Notes: generated by a model not told the origin, from the letters alone. 63,620 nucleotides of DNA, filler included, from Octopus bimaculoides (GCF_001194135.2; 6 parts of 6 records of this genome joined end to end with filler, not necessarily neighbours in it), one strand, 5' to 3'; positions 25,030-36,712 are shown, counted from the whole stretch's first letter. Program-made: numbers and translations.

Positions 25030-25462
25030 TGGGACTGAGGAGGAGGAGGAGACCCACTTCGGTCATGAATGACCATGGGATTGCACCTAGAAAGTTACCC
25101 TCCGAGGCACAAGTCCAGGCAAGGTTGTTTACGGAAGGCCAGCAGTCACCCATGCATGCCAGCCTCCCTTCTCCACACCACAGATGTTATCCAAGGGAAA
25201 GGCAAGGCCGATACAGCTNNNNNNNNNNCATGCATGCCAGCCTCCCTTCTCCACACCACAGATGTTATCCAAGGGAAAGGCAAGGCCGATACAGCTTTGC
25301 ACCAGTGATGTTGCAACTCATTTCTACAGCTGAGTTAACTAGAGCAATGCGAAATAAAGTGTCTTGCTCAAGAACACAACACGCAGCCCGATCCGGGAAT
25401 CAAACTCACAACCGCACAGTCGTAAGCTCGATGCTCTAACCACTGAGCCATGAGTCTTCACC
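25030..25462 (-). mobile_element. tRNA-derived SINE family F
   Basis: Reverse complement begins gtgaagactcatggctcagtggttagagcatcgagc and contains a B-box-like gagtttgattc. Confidence 0.8.
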
Positions 25463-26057
25463 AAGCTGGGATTATCTCGTTAATTTTATGTGTTCTTCTT
25501 TTGATTGTAAAGTTTGAGTTGGGGAATTTTGGTTGGTTATGGTCTGTCCACATTACTCCAAAAGGAGCATAGAGCCAGTTTTCCAATCCCTCTGGCATAT
25601 ATATCCCTACTGAATGGGGCACCGCTCCATCACAAGGTTACTCATTTTTACCAACAGATTGGACTGGAGCAATGTGAAATGAAGTGTTTTGCTCGAGAAC
25701 ACCATGTGTTGCCCAGTCCAAGAATTGAAACCACAGTCTTATGATCATGAATCTAACACCCTAACCACTAAGCCATATGCCTTCACAGAATTAGGAAAGA
25801 CTTAGCTGCAATTTCTAGCAAGCCATGCAGCCATACCTCATTGTTGCTTTGTCTCAGCAGGAACGTTATTGCTCAGCAGTTCCAGTTCTTTAGAGTAGTT
25901 TTAATATAGCATAAATAAATAAATAAAAAATAACAACCAAATCTATTAACATGTATGTTAACTTTTTATACAAAAACCTCAGCTTAGAGGATAAGACTTT
26001 ATTATTTCTAAGTGACTTCATGGCTGTTAAAGAGAACAATAAAATTTTCATCTAAAG

Positions 26058-26386
26058 CAGGGGTTCTCAACCATTTTTTTATCTATGGACCCCTTTGATT
26101 ACTGTTTCATTCTAGTGGACCTCAATAACCATTCAATGTTTAAAAATTAGTTTTATAGAAACTTCTTTCAAAATTTCTATTTTGTTTCACACACATTAAC
26201 TTGTGTAGGTCGAACAATGTAAAATGTTAGAGAAAGAAACCTGGCTGTTTCTTGCAATAAATACCAATACATACATCTAAATAAATTTTTTTCAGGGACC
26301 CTTTAAGTAGTATTGTGAATCCCCAATTACTATTTTGTTGTGTGAACTCCCAAAAATCTTATATGGACCCTAGTTGAGAACCAGTG
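26058..26386. mobile_element. hAT (Charlie-like) MITE
   Basis: TIRs caggggttctcaac / gttgagaaccagtg; 8-bp TSD atctaaag / atctaaac. Confidence 0.9.
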
Positions 26387-26469
26387 ATCTAAACAGTTCA
26401 AACCAGAAAAAGATCTTTGAAATACTACTTCTATATCTTATTAAGTAGAGTAATTACAGGCCAAACAAC

Positions 26470-27280
26470 CTATGGTTAATCTTGCTTCTTCAGTCCTGGA
26501 AAGCAATTGTATGCATTTGCAATATAGATAACTTTTAGTCCATGCAAGAAGACAGGAAAATGAAGATGATGATTTGAGATGAACAAGGTAATTTACAATG
26601 TATGGAGATGTATCTGCTCTCCTTATATGGCTTTGAAACCTGGACAAGTTTTAGGCAACAAATTTTAGGAGACAGCACCAGAGATGACTGAGAAAAATCA
26701 AGCATGTGTGATTAAGAATTTTGTTTCTCAACCATATAGTTCCAGGTTCAGTTCCACTGCATGGTACTGTGAGTAATTGTCTTCTGCTACTATGGTCCCA
26801 GACCAACCAAAGTCTAGTGAGCAGACTTTGGAAGACAGAAACTGAAAGAAGCCTGTCATATATATGTGCATGTTTGTGTACATTTGTTTCTCCTTGCTTT
26901 GACATCATACATCAGCTGTAAATGTGCATCACTGTCATTCATTTCTAACATACCTGGCCATGGGGTAATATGTTGTTTGGAAACTGGTGAGGGTTGGTGA
27001 CAGGAAGGGTGTCTAGCCATAGAAAATCTGCCCTATTTATGCAAGCATTGAAACACATACATTAAAACGATGATGATAATGATAGACAAAGGAATCGCAG
27101 TGTACATGAGAAATCTAATATCTCTTGCAGTAAAACCATGATTATACATCAGATTTGATGGGCAGACCATGCAAATGCTGGGCAAATGGTTGAGCAGCTG
27201 AAGAAAATATGGAAGGCGCATATAAAGAGGAGAAATGAAGAGGTTCAAAAACGTATTTTAATGAAATTTGAAAAAGTCCT
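26470..27280 (+). mobile_element. Decayed RTE-like LINE RT C-terminal fragments, interrupted by a SINE B (26700-26870)
   Basis: Pieced motifs VSALL-YGFETWT (cf. LLYGxETWT) and HQI*WADHA (cf. QLRWAGHV). Confidence 0.5.
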
Positions 27281-27284
27281 TGTT

Positions 27285-27735
27285 TTGATGTGTGGTGGCT
27301 TTGTGTGCTTCAGTGACCCTCAAGAGCTGTGCCAGTGGAGCACAAAATCCTAGCAGGGCCTCCCATACTGGAGAAGACAAAGAATAGGAGTCCAGACTAA
27401 TATGGACCTGGATCATCTATATTCAGATGTAAATATGGTTTGTGTAGTGTCAACACACTTACCTAGAAGAAAGCAAAGTTATAGAAGCATCAATGACAAT
27501 TCAAAACCAGCAAGACATGAGATGGGTAGATGGCCCTCCATCAAGGAGATGTATAATGCAATGCAACAAAATCCGAAAGAAAGCTACTAGAGCAGGAGGC
27601 AAGACACTGGAGCAGAGCTGGAAAAGCAAGGATCCAACTTGAAAGAATCAGAAAAGGCAGCACAGAGCTGAGAAAAGTGAAGGGAAGTCAGAGATGGCCT
27701 ATGTTCCACAGTGGGATTATCATGGGATGTAAATA
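27285..27735 (+). mobile_element. Probable internally deleted RTE derivative (5'-like region fused to an RT 3' end)
   Basis: First part homologous to 9570-9870; end translates GSNLKESEKAAQS*EK*REVRDGLCSTVG (cf. RTE ELExxAQDRxxWRxxVxGLCS). Confidence 0.45.
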
Positions 27736-28335
27736 GGTCTCATTGGCTAATAATCAATATAGCAACAGATCATCTATGATGGCACACAACCCTTTCGGAC
27801 AGAACAAGGATTAAACTGTTCAATGATAGATGCGAGTGTAGAATGCAGTACAAAACAATTGACACAGTATTTTTTTTTCTCCAGCAAGTTTGTGGTTAGA
27901 CTTCTGGCTACCATTTATTCTATATATGGGTCCACAGATGTGAATTCTGGAATCTGGCTTCACAATAATCCTCAACCCCAAGGGACTGGTGCCAACAGCA
28001 ATAGAAATATATGTATATTATGCACACACACACACACACAGATTCCTTTACTTGTTTCAGTCATTTGACTGTGGCCATGCTGGAGCACCGCTTTTAGTCG
28101 AACAAATCGACCCAAATTATCTTATTTAGTTTGTTTACCATTTTAAAAAATTTAAAAACTATCTTAGTTTTTTCTGGAAGTTACTCTTCCATTTTAAGAA
28201 ATTACATTATCACCATCACAATACTATCTGTAAGTGCACACACACATATATATATACACACACACATTATGCATGTGGTATTATTGGAGATCTTATTTTA
28301 TATGCTAGAGGTAAACTGTATGAGACTGAATAATG

Positions 28336-28381
<46 letters not shown>

Positions 28382-29035
28382 NNNNNNNNNNNNNNNNNNN
28401 NNNNNNNNNNNNNNNNNNNNNNNNNNNNNNNNNNNNNNNNNNNNNNNNNNNNNNNNNNNNNNNNNNNNNNNNNNNNNNNNNNNNNNNNNNNNNNNNNNNN
28501 NNNNNNNNNNNNNNNNNNNNNNNNNNNNNNNNNNNNNNNNNNNNNNNNNNNNNNNNNNNNNNNNNNNNNNNNNNNNNNNNNNNNNNNNNNNNNNNNNNNN
28601 NNNNNNNNNNNNNNNNNNNNNNNNNNNNNNNNNNNNNNNNNNNNNNNNNNNNNNNNNNNNNNNNNNNNNNNNNNNNNNNNNNNNNNNNNNNNNNNNNNNN
28701 NNNNNNNNNNNNNNNNNNNNNNNNNNNNNNNNNNNNNNNNNNNNNNNNNNNAATAATGAATTTAAAATATTATGTTTATATATATATATTATTTGAAAAT
28801 TATTCAATATTTCCGACAAAACCTATACTGTAATGTAAATTCAATATCAAAAGATGTTTTTATCACTCCATGAAATATAATAATAATAGTAATGATAGTA
28901 ATAATAATATTATTAATAATAATAATAATGATGATGATAATGATGATGATGATGAGGATGATAAAGAAATATATAGAATTTATATAGAAATGTACACATT
29001 TCAAGCAGCAGACATCCACTTTAATTTTACAAAAA

Positions 29036-29069
<34 letters not shown>

Positions 29070-29615
29070 TAGTGATCAAGCAAGTTTCATATGATGAAAT
29101 GAAGAGCACTCAATAAGATGAATATAGACTAAATATACATGTTTCTACAAGTATAGAACACAGTGAGTTCATGTTACTTATAGTTTAAAAATAACTGAAA
29201 CCCACAAAGTGGTTGAGTTCCTTTTTATCATTTAGCTGTACAGGGCCAACAAATCTGATAAAAATGAACTCAGCCACCTTTTGTACCTTTCAGTGACTTG
29301 GAAAGTATTAGTAACATGAAGCATGTTCCAAACTAGTTTATATATATATATATCAAGAAGTATTGTTAACATGCATTTTATCATACCACAAATATCACTT
29401 AGGTATTTTTGTTTGATAGAGACTCTAATAGTAATGGACGTTGTCATGCATCACATATGCAGCATTGCTTTCCACTGAGAAAATTTTTTTTCAAAGCATA
29501 CAGAATTTTAAAAAATTAACAACAAATACATCAGCAAAAGAAGATTAGGCTACAAAGTTTTTCATCATTATATGTGTATATATATACACACACACATACA
29601 TATACACCATCAAAT

Positions 29616-29759
29616 TGTTAGAGGTGCTGTTATTCAATTACTTTAAGTTTCATGCTGAAGTGACATTCATCAGTGTATGAACTGAGAATATATTTCCTCA
29701 CTGACGAAGGCTTTTTTAGTGTAGAACTTGAAGTAATGGAACAATAGTTATCCCTAACA
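29616..29759. mobile_element. Fold-back element with inverted hammerhead-like arms
   Basis: Minus arm CUGAUGA-AUG..CAU-GAAAC-UUAAA-GUA; plus arm CUGACGA-AGGC...AGAAC-UUGAA-GUA; outer arms tgttagaggtgctgttattc / gaacaatagttatccctaaca. Confidence 0.55.
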
Positions 29760-30329
29760 GTAGTGTACATAAGTGTACGTATTTATTATATAATTCATAA
29801 TTAATAATAAATTACATATATATATATATATATACATACGTGTGTGTGTGAGTGTGTAATAAATTTCTGGTTTTATATATAATTGGTCTTTGGTTAGATG
29901 AAGTCAAATATAAAAGCAAAGCAACATGTACTCTGTGAAATGTTTTTGTTCTTCAAATGTTGTCTACTGCCCTGACTAATAACAGTCCAGTTCTTACACA
30001 ATAGAGAATATAAACATTAATACTGAATACAAAGAAAATATACTTAATGAAATTATCATTAAGAATCTTTTCATCTACCAGTCATATATAACTTCTAATA
30101 TTGGGTGCTTTATGTTATCCATCTCTTTTGTGCAGAAAACCATTGCAATATAACTTAAATATTTTGTTGACTTAGTATTTTCCTTACTTAGACTTCAGCA
30201 GTGATTTTTTTTTTATAACAACTGTTATATTTTGAGTGACAAATAATCAAGAACAAAAAGCCTATTTCTGATTATAGTAATTAGTTATTGGGAATGAAAC
30301 TTAAAAAAAAATAACAAATATATTATCAG

Positions 30330-30451
30330 TATTTGTACATCAATGTGGACGGGGCTTATCTTCAATATATCTATACATTGTACATCAGAAAAGGTATATG
30401 GAATTTGGTCTAATGTAGCCTTCCCAATATATTTAGTTACAGGACCACCAG
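30330..30451 (+). CDS. Candidate exon (weak FN3/cytokine-receptor-like flavour)
   Basis: Acceptor tattatcag|, donor CAG|GTATTA; open frame ICTSMWTGLIFNISIHCTSEKVYGIWSNVAFPIYLVTGPP. The opposite strand is also open. Confidence 0.2.
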
Positions 30452-30655
30452 GTATTATGCCTGGTCTGACTCAATTGTTGATTGCTAATGTATGTGAGAG
30501 AAAATCATCATCAGCTACCAACAGAACTGACAATTCTATTATATAAGGTTCAACCGTCTTAAAAACTTAACAATATTCAAAACTTGAAATATATATATAT
30601 ATATGTATGTANNNNNNNNNNNNNNNNNNNNNNNNNNNNNNNNNNNNNNNNNNNN

Positions 30656-30667
30656 TTAATTAATTAA
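30656..30667. other. Assembly linker TTAATTAATTAA inside a 100-nt gap (also 52350, 54769, 58580, 62430)
   Basis: 44 N + 12 nt + 44 N at 30612-30711; the same 12-mer sits inside four other N runs; stop codons in all six frames. Confidence 0.95.
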
Positions 30668-30711
30668 NNNNNNNNNNNNNNNNNNNNNNNNNNNNNNNNN
30701 NNNNNNNNNNN

Positions 30712-30758
<47 letters not shown>

Positions 30759-30789
30759 TCACGCACACACAAAAAAAAACTTTCAAAGG

Positions 30790-31025
30790 TACCAGCTTTG
30801 TCGCCTAGAGTGAGGACCATGTACTGCAACAGCTCGGAATTGAAGGCCCCACAGATACGCAATAGCTTGCCAAAACATCTCAGGGATCTTAATGGAGTAG
30901 GGGTAGATGTTCAAGGTCTCAAATGAAGCTATACCACGGCAAGAAAATCAAAAGAACATGGTAGCAGTGTCGAACTTCCCACTTCAGTAAAAGTCTATCG
31001 CAAAAGAATAGCCATTGAAAAGGTG
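30790..31025 (+). mobile_element. CR1-like LINE 3' fragment
   Basis: VRTMYCNSSELKAPQIRNSLPKHLRDLNGVGVDV (cf. GPxLFNxLPxxxRDL); tail homologous to 39475-39540. Confidence 0.7.
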
Positions 31026-31917
31026 AATACACAGATTTTGCTCCAGCATGGTCACTGAGTTTGATCTGAAATGCATAAAAGGATAAAAATAACATACCTG
31101 CATTAAGTATTGGGGAATTTTTCTGTATGTGTCTTCGTCCATTTTTTTTTTTTCCCCATTCCATTTTGTCTATGTATTTGTTGCTTGTACACACATTGCA
31201 GCTACCGTGCCGAAGCATTGCCTCTTACCATTCTATCCATCTCCGAATCTTTTAGTGAAATTGTCATTCTGTTCACATTCACTTTTATAATTCCCTCTTT
31301 ATTACTATTTGTTTCTCTTTAGCACTATAAAAATCTATAGAGAAAGCCCTATTAAAGTGCAGATGCTGCTGACTATGATGTGACGTGTATCTGCTACTTA
31401 GATTGTAATAGGTGACTTAACTTAGGCGGCTGACATATTTTGTACAGACTAGTTGTCTTCCCTTTTATGCTACTAATCGCTACAAATGATGTTTCCATCA
31501 CAAACACCACGATTGAGCTGGCTTGCTTTCAGCACAGGTTGTTTATTTAGTTAACAAATGCTGTTCACTCCATTCAAGTTCAGTTCGAGTTATCTCTAGG
31601 TTTACCAGGCTGTTGCAGGGAGAAACAGCTGGATGTCACAAAGCCTCACAGAAAGGGAGTGTAAGTCGTATGTACTTGAGGAGAAAATACATTGGAGGTT
31701 ACGGACATTCGAAATGTTACGTAACATACATCTGATGCGCTTTTTGAAACAATTGTGGAGCTCAATGTTACCTAACATCCCTCTTACCTGCACAAGCGAG
31801 CACGCGTATACACACATACGTGCAAACATATACACATCCGTACATAATCCATACATACACTTCATTCACATATGCATATCATGTGTGTGCATGTACATAC
31901 GTATCTCTCTCTCTTTA

Positions 31918-31972
<55 letters not shown>

Positions 31973-32091
31973 ATATATATATGTATATATATTTGTGTGT
32001 ATATATTTACATATATATAAGTATATATATAAACACATTTATACATATATATATATGCGTGTGTATATACATACATACAAACACACGCACG

Positions 32092-32130
<39 letters not shown>

Positions 32131-32168
32131 CATGTGTGCTTGTGTGTGTTCCTATGTTTGTATCTCTG

Positions 32169-32223
<55 letters not shown>

Positions 32224-32279
32224 GCATATATATCTATAAATTGTTGGAATTTACAAAAAAAAAAGCAAACAAAACAAAA

Positions 32280-32370
32280 GATGAAGACTGGTGTGTAAAC
32301 AACAAATAGATGCATTAGTTTAACACTCGGAAAGTGAGAAAGTATTTTACGTTTCGATCCTACGCTCTTC

Positions 32371-32372
<2 letters not shown>
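32280..32372 (-). mobile_element. Second copy of the 5040-5225 HHR-bearing repeat, 5'-truncated at the core
   Basis: Reverse complement tgttgaagagcgtaggatcgaaacgtaaaatactttctcactttccgagtgttaaactaat aligns with 5104-5165. Confidence 0.75.
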
Positions 32373-32419
<47 letters not shown>

Positions 32420-32649
32420 TTATATATATATATATATGCTTATCTGTTTTCATGTGTGTGTATGTGTGTAAGTATTCTAAGAGACGATCCAACACTGCAA
32501 TAAAGAGAATTTGTAAACGAATATCACCAAAGCTATGTTTAACTAACATACGTAACATACCCGAGAATATATAATAGATAATTATGTTTCCACATCTTCG
32601 GTGGCTGAGTGTGAAAACATAGGTATTTGGTATTTAGTAACACTCATTA

Positions 32650-32828
32650 GTACAGTTCTATATTTAAGAGATGAGGAATTATGTACATTATTTACATTAT
32701 TTACATTTGACGGATATTTGTCCTCATCTTGTTTTTGTTAAGACGTTTCGGCTGATGTAACTTACAGCCTTCATCAGGTGTCTTGGGGAAATTTCAAACC
32801 TGGGTTCTCATTCCTATGGTATTTTTCG

Positions 32829-32830
<2 letters not shown>
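32650..32830 (-). mobile_element. Body of the HHR-bearing SINE (head absent)
   Basis: Highly similar to 42945-43120; GACAC-CUGAUGA-A-GGCUG-10nt-CAGCC-GAAAC-GUC at 32742-32782. Confidence 0.8.
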
Positions 32831-32885
<55 letters not shown>

Positions 32886-32890
32886 TAATA

Positions 32891-33100
32891 AATATTCAGA
32901 CAAATACATAACAAAAACACCTGGACTTACAAATATATATAACATACAGAAAATTGCACTGCTGGGTCCTGCACATATCCTGCGCAAAACACTTTCAATA
33001 CAGCAACCATAAGAGCATCACAGCAAACCACAGCACATACCCAAGGCACACAGATCTGCGTTCGATAGTAAAGTGAAAGCACGTTATAAAAATGAAACTA

Positions 33101-33104
<4 letters not shown>
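32891..33104 (+). mobile_element. 3' end of an R4/Dong-like RLE non-LTR element
   Basis: YSDKYITKTPGLTNIYNIQKIALLGPAHILRKTLSIQQP* plus 3'UTR, with (AAT)n on both sides. Confidence 0.85.
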
Positions 33105-33153
<49 letters not shown>

Positions 33154-33181
33154 TGATGATGATGATGATGATGATAATGAT

Positions 33182-33500
33182 GAGTTCAAACTCCGTCGAG
33201 GTTGACTTAATCTTTTATCCCTTCGGGGTCGATAAATTAAGTATCAGTTGAGGACTAGGGTCGATGTAATCGAGTATCCCAGGCCTTGTGTCTATAAAAG
33301 AAAAAGGATTATCTGGCGGAAAGCTGATTGAATGGTTAGCATGCTGGGCGAAATGCTTAGCGGTATTTCGTCTGTCGCTACGTTCTGAGTTCAAATACCG
33401 CCGCGGTCGACTTTGCCTTGCATCCTTTCGGGGTCGATAAATCAAGTACCTGTGAAACACTGGGGTCGATTCGAGCGAACAGTCCCCTCACGCCAAAGTT
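33182..33500 (+). mobile_element. Two SINE family A copies
   Basis: gttctgagttcaaat...gtcgactttgcc...tcctttcggggtcgataaat; CpGs retained. Confidence 0.85.
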
Positions 33501-33745
33501 GTTATTATAGTCGAGGCACTTGCTTCCTTTATATATATGTAGGGTATTCTGAAACGCCGTTTCAAAGTGCAGCGAAGTAGCTTTTAAGAAACAGTAACTC
33601 GATCCACCCCGGTATTAAACCATGAAACCACCACACCTCTAACAATCTACCCTACCAAGCAAGCCATAGTCATAGCTCCTCTCCCATTCCACATTTCTAA
33701 CCACAAAATGATATAAGTACGCGTTCCTCTTCCACCACGCCGTTC

Positions 33746-33816
<71 letters not shown>

Positions 33817-33850
33817 CGCTCCCATACCGCAGTATCTTGAAGTTCTTTAC

Positions 33851-34027
33851 CTAATTGCCCAGCCATTATATTTTTTTGAGCGCATCCATACTGCCAGACA
33901 TGCTGACAACTTCTCAGGCAATAACGGAATATCTTTTGGATAATATCTCTTGATCTGATAAATGGCTTGGACTGATGCCTTCCACGATAATCGTAAAACC
34001 CTCCACTGTTTTTCGCTATCGTTCAGG
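33851..34027 (-). other. Candidate exon (5'UTR or first coding) of a minus-strand gene
   Basis: Acceptor gctgctatttacttag|CCTG and donor TTAG|GTAAAG; 177 nt, one frame fully open; ATGGCTGGGCAATTAG close to the donor. Confidence 0.45.
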
Positions 34028-34066
34028 CTAAGTAAATAGCAGCAACAACAACAACAAAAAGAAAAC

Positions 34067-34110
<44 letters not shown>

Positions 34111-34136
34111 TAATAATAATAATAATGATAATAATG

Positions 34137-34176
<40 letters not shown>

Positions 34177-34187
34177 TGATGATGATG

Positions 34188-34241
<54 letters not shown>

Positions 34242-34838
34242 GTAATGATGATAATAATAGTAATCGGCAGCAAAATATAATAAATCATAATAATAAAACA
34301 ACAGTAAAACGCAACAACTATTATAATAAATAAGGCAAATATATAATGGGCAGATAACTATGAAATGGTATATACAATGGAAGTAGGAAGAAGAAAGGAA
34401 GGAAAGAGATAATGGAATGTGAGTGACACAGAGAGAAATAGAGAGGATCTGAGAGAGAGACAGAGAATAAGAGATTGAGATGAGGGTTGAATATGGGTAG
34501 CATATTATTATTTTATGAGGCTCTTTACTAAAATAGACAGTAGCAGAGTCATAAAACCATTAGTAGTAAAAGATTTACAGGCATTCTTGTTGTTTTTGTT
34601 GGTGGTGGTGGTGGTGGTGGCGGTGGCGATTTTGTTCTTCTTGTACGTTGAAATATGGTTGGTATGGATGTTGTAGTTGTTGTTGTTGTTGTTGTTGCTG
34701 TTGTTGTTGCGTTTGTTATCTTACACGCCCGTTTATGTGTTTACGTATCTGCGTGTGCATATGGTTTGTAGTGCATGGATGCGTACGTATGTGCGTTCAT
34801 GAAAATGTCTGGATATTTAAAAGACCTGTGGAGTGAGT

Positions 34839-34878
<40 letters not shown>

Positions 34879-35507
34879 GACAGAGAGAGAGAGAAAGAGA
34901 CAGAGAGAGAGGGGAGAGAGTGTGTATGTGAAAGATAGAGAGATTGTGTGTCTGAGATAGCTGCATAGATAACCACATTTATGTGTATGTCTTTACATAA
35001 AGTATGTATATGTCTCTGTGAATTACCGTAGCTACGCTTAATGGATAGAGCATTGTACTATTGATCATAAGTTCACGGGTTCTTTTCTGGGTTATGGCGG
35101 CACCATTTGTTCTCGAGGGTCTTACTTCATTTTATGTTGCTCCACTCTAGTCAGAAAATGAGACAGAAACAAACGTGCTGCAGCTCTCCTTTGAATGTCA
35201 GAGCCGCCATGTTTCATTGGATAATGTGTGAGAGGATTGAGACGTTATCTTTAATTGATGGTTAATACATAATCACCCAAAACAATCAGCTAAAACCTTG
35301 TACTTGATGCCACGACGTATTCACTTGCAAGTGACGGCTGTAGTTAATAGTGATCTGTCTATCAAAATAAAATCTGTAAAGTATAGACAACTTCCTTTTT
35401 ATCATTTGATGAGATAGTATTATCTCTCTCTCCCTCCCTCTCTCTTTCTTTCTGCACATATGTATGTATGTATGTATTTACCTACCTATGTATCTATCTA
35501 TCTACAA

Positions 35508-35662
35508 ATAAGAGGGATGACCACTAAGTGGGCATCCATTATGCTAGATGTAGACCCATATAGTCTGACCACTAAGAAAAGATTGTTCTTTTCTTAGTGG
35601 TCAGACCATATGGGGTCTACATCTAGTATATTGGATATCCACTTAGTGGTCATCCCTCTTAT
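35508..35662. mobile_element. Near-perfect 155-bp palindromic fold-back (MITE-like)
   Basis: ~75-nt arms ataagagggatgaccactaag...gaccactaagaaaaga / tcttttcttagtggtc...cttagtggtcatccctcttat; 4-nt loop. Confidence 0.9.
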
Positions 35663-35925
35663 ATATATGTAATATAATTTTTATGAATCTTCAGATTTTT
35701 CAATACGCAAGGCCACTGGTTTTAAATTGATATTAATCAAATTAATATTCAATTTTTCACTCTTATCATTTAAGTTTATATATATCTATATACACATACA
35801 CACACACACACTCACTCCCACCCCCCGACACACACACACATATATATTCGAGTGAGTAGACAAACGAAAGAAGGGCACTCAACACATTTATCGGCTGTTA
35901 GATGTGTGGATCAAATCAGTCTTAC

Positions 35926-36171
35926 TCAAACTCCTTGGTGTTGTGAGTTCCAAGCGTTTTGCTAATCTTCGTTCATTGAATTTGAATAAAAGTTTTATGG
36001 AAGAGAGTTAATAGTTACTACTGGACGTTAGCCTGCGATTGGTTGAAAATTGTCACGTGGTGTCGCAGTTTGATGCTGGTATTTCGGGTAACGAAAATTA
36101 CTGGGAAAATACCACATGGTGAACAGAAAATCGACCGCGTGGTGGACAGGAAATCGATTGTGTGAGTGAGT
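35926..36171. promoter_or_regulatory. Candidate bidirectional promoter with flanking first-exon donor sites
   Basis: CpG-rich unique sequence; inverted CCAAT (attgg ~36038), E-box gtcacgtgg (~36053), ETS-like caggaaat; minus donor TGA|GTAAGA at 35925 and plus donors GTGAGT at 36162 and 36166. Confidence 0.45.
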
Positions 36172-36204
36172 ATGTATGTGTGTGTGTGTGTGTNNNNNNN
36201 NNNG

Positions 36205-36251
<47 letters not shown>

Positions 36252-36417
36252 GAGAGAGGGAGAGTTCCTGCGTGTGTGTGCGTGTGAGTTCCTGCGTGAT
36301 TGCTTGCGTTCGTATGTTTGTGTCTGTTAGTCTGTGTTTTTTGACGGCCTTGTCACATTTCCTGTGTGGTTATGTTTACGAGGGGGAGACAAGCATCCCC
36401 ACCCAGCCAAGCCTGCA

Positions 36418-36460
36418 TCCAGGGATATGTTTCTGAGTTTTTGCTCGTCATCAGCCTGGA
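36418..36460 (-). ncRNA. Type-I hammerhead-like motif at the apex of a 140-nt hairpin
   Basis: UCCAGG-CUGAUGA-C-GAG-CAAAAA-CUC-A-GAAAC-AUAUC-CCUGGA: 6-bp stem I, intact core, one mismatch in stem III. Confidence 0.6.
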
Positions 36461-36712
36461 GTACCATGGCTTGCTGGCTGAAGATGCCTGTCAAGCTCTC
36501 GTAAACATAATAATTCTAGTGAAACATCACACGCGCACACGCGCACACATCTATGTATGGACATACAAATTAAGAGGGTGGCTTTTTAGCAATTAGAACA
36601 TTAATGCAAAATTAATTGAGGTCTCGAAAATGACTGAGTTTGCTAACTAGCACTGCTTATTCTAAAATAAGAGTTAAATTAACTCCAAAGTCATTAAAGC
36701 ACTATACTTAAT

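Noticed and set aside
25151-25296. 68-bp direct repeat inside SINE F
   Set aside because: Identical copies either side of a 10-N gap; an unmerged contig overlap.
27480-27560. Apparent RT-like peptide TIQNQQDMRWVDG
   Set aside because: The segment aligns at nucleotide level with the non-coding repeat at 9780-9850, so the peptide match is likely spurious.
30656-30667. Recurrent TTAATTAATTAA motif
   Set aside because: Always embedded in N gaps; an artificial linker.
31633-32298. 221-aa ORF and other YI/CV/SL/poly-I/poly-N ORFs (e.g. 34023-34301, 37832-38729, 48872-50399)
   Set aside because: Translations of di-, tri- and tetranucleotide microsatellites.
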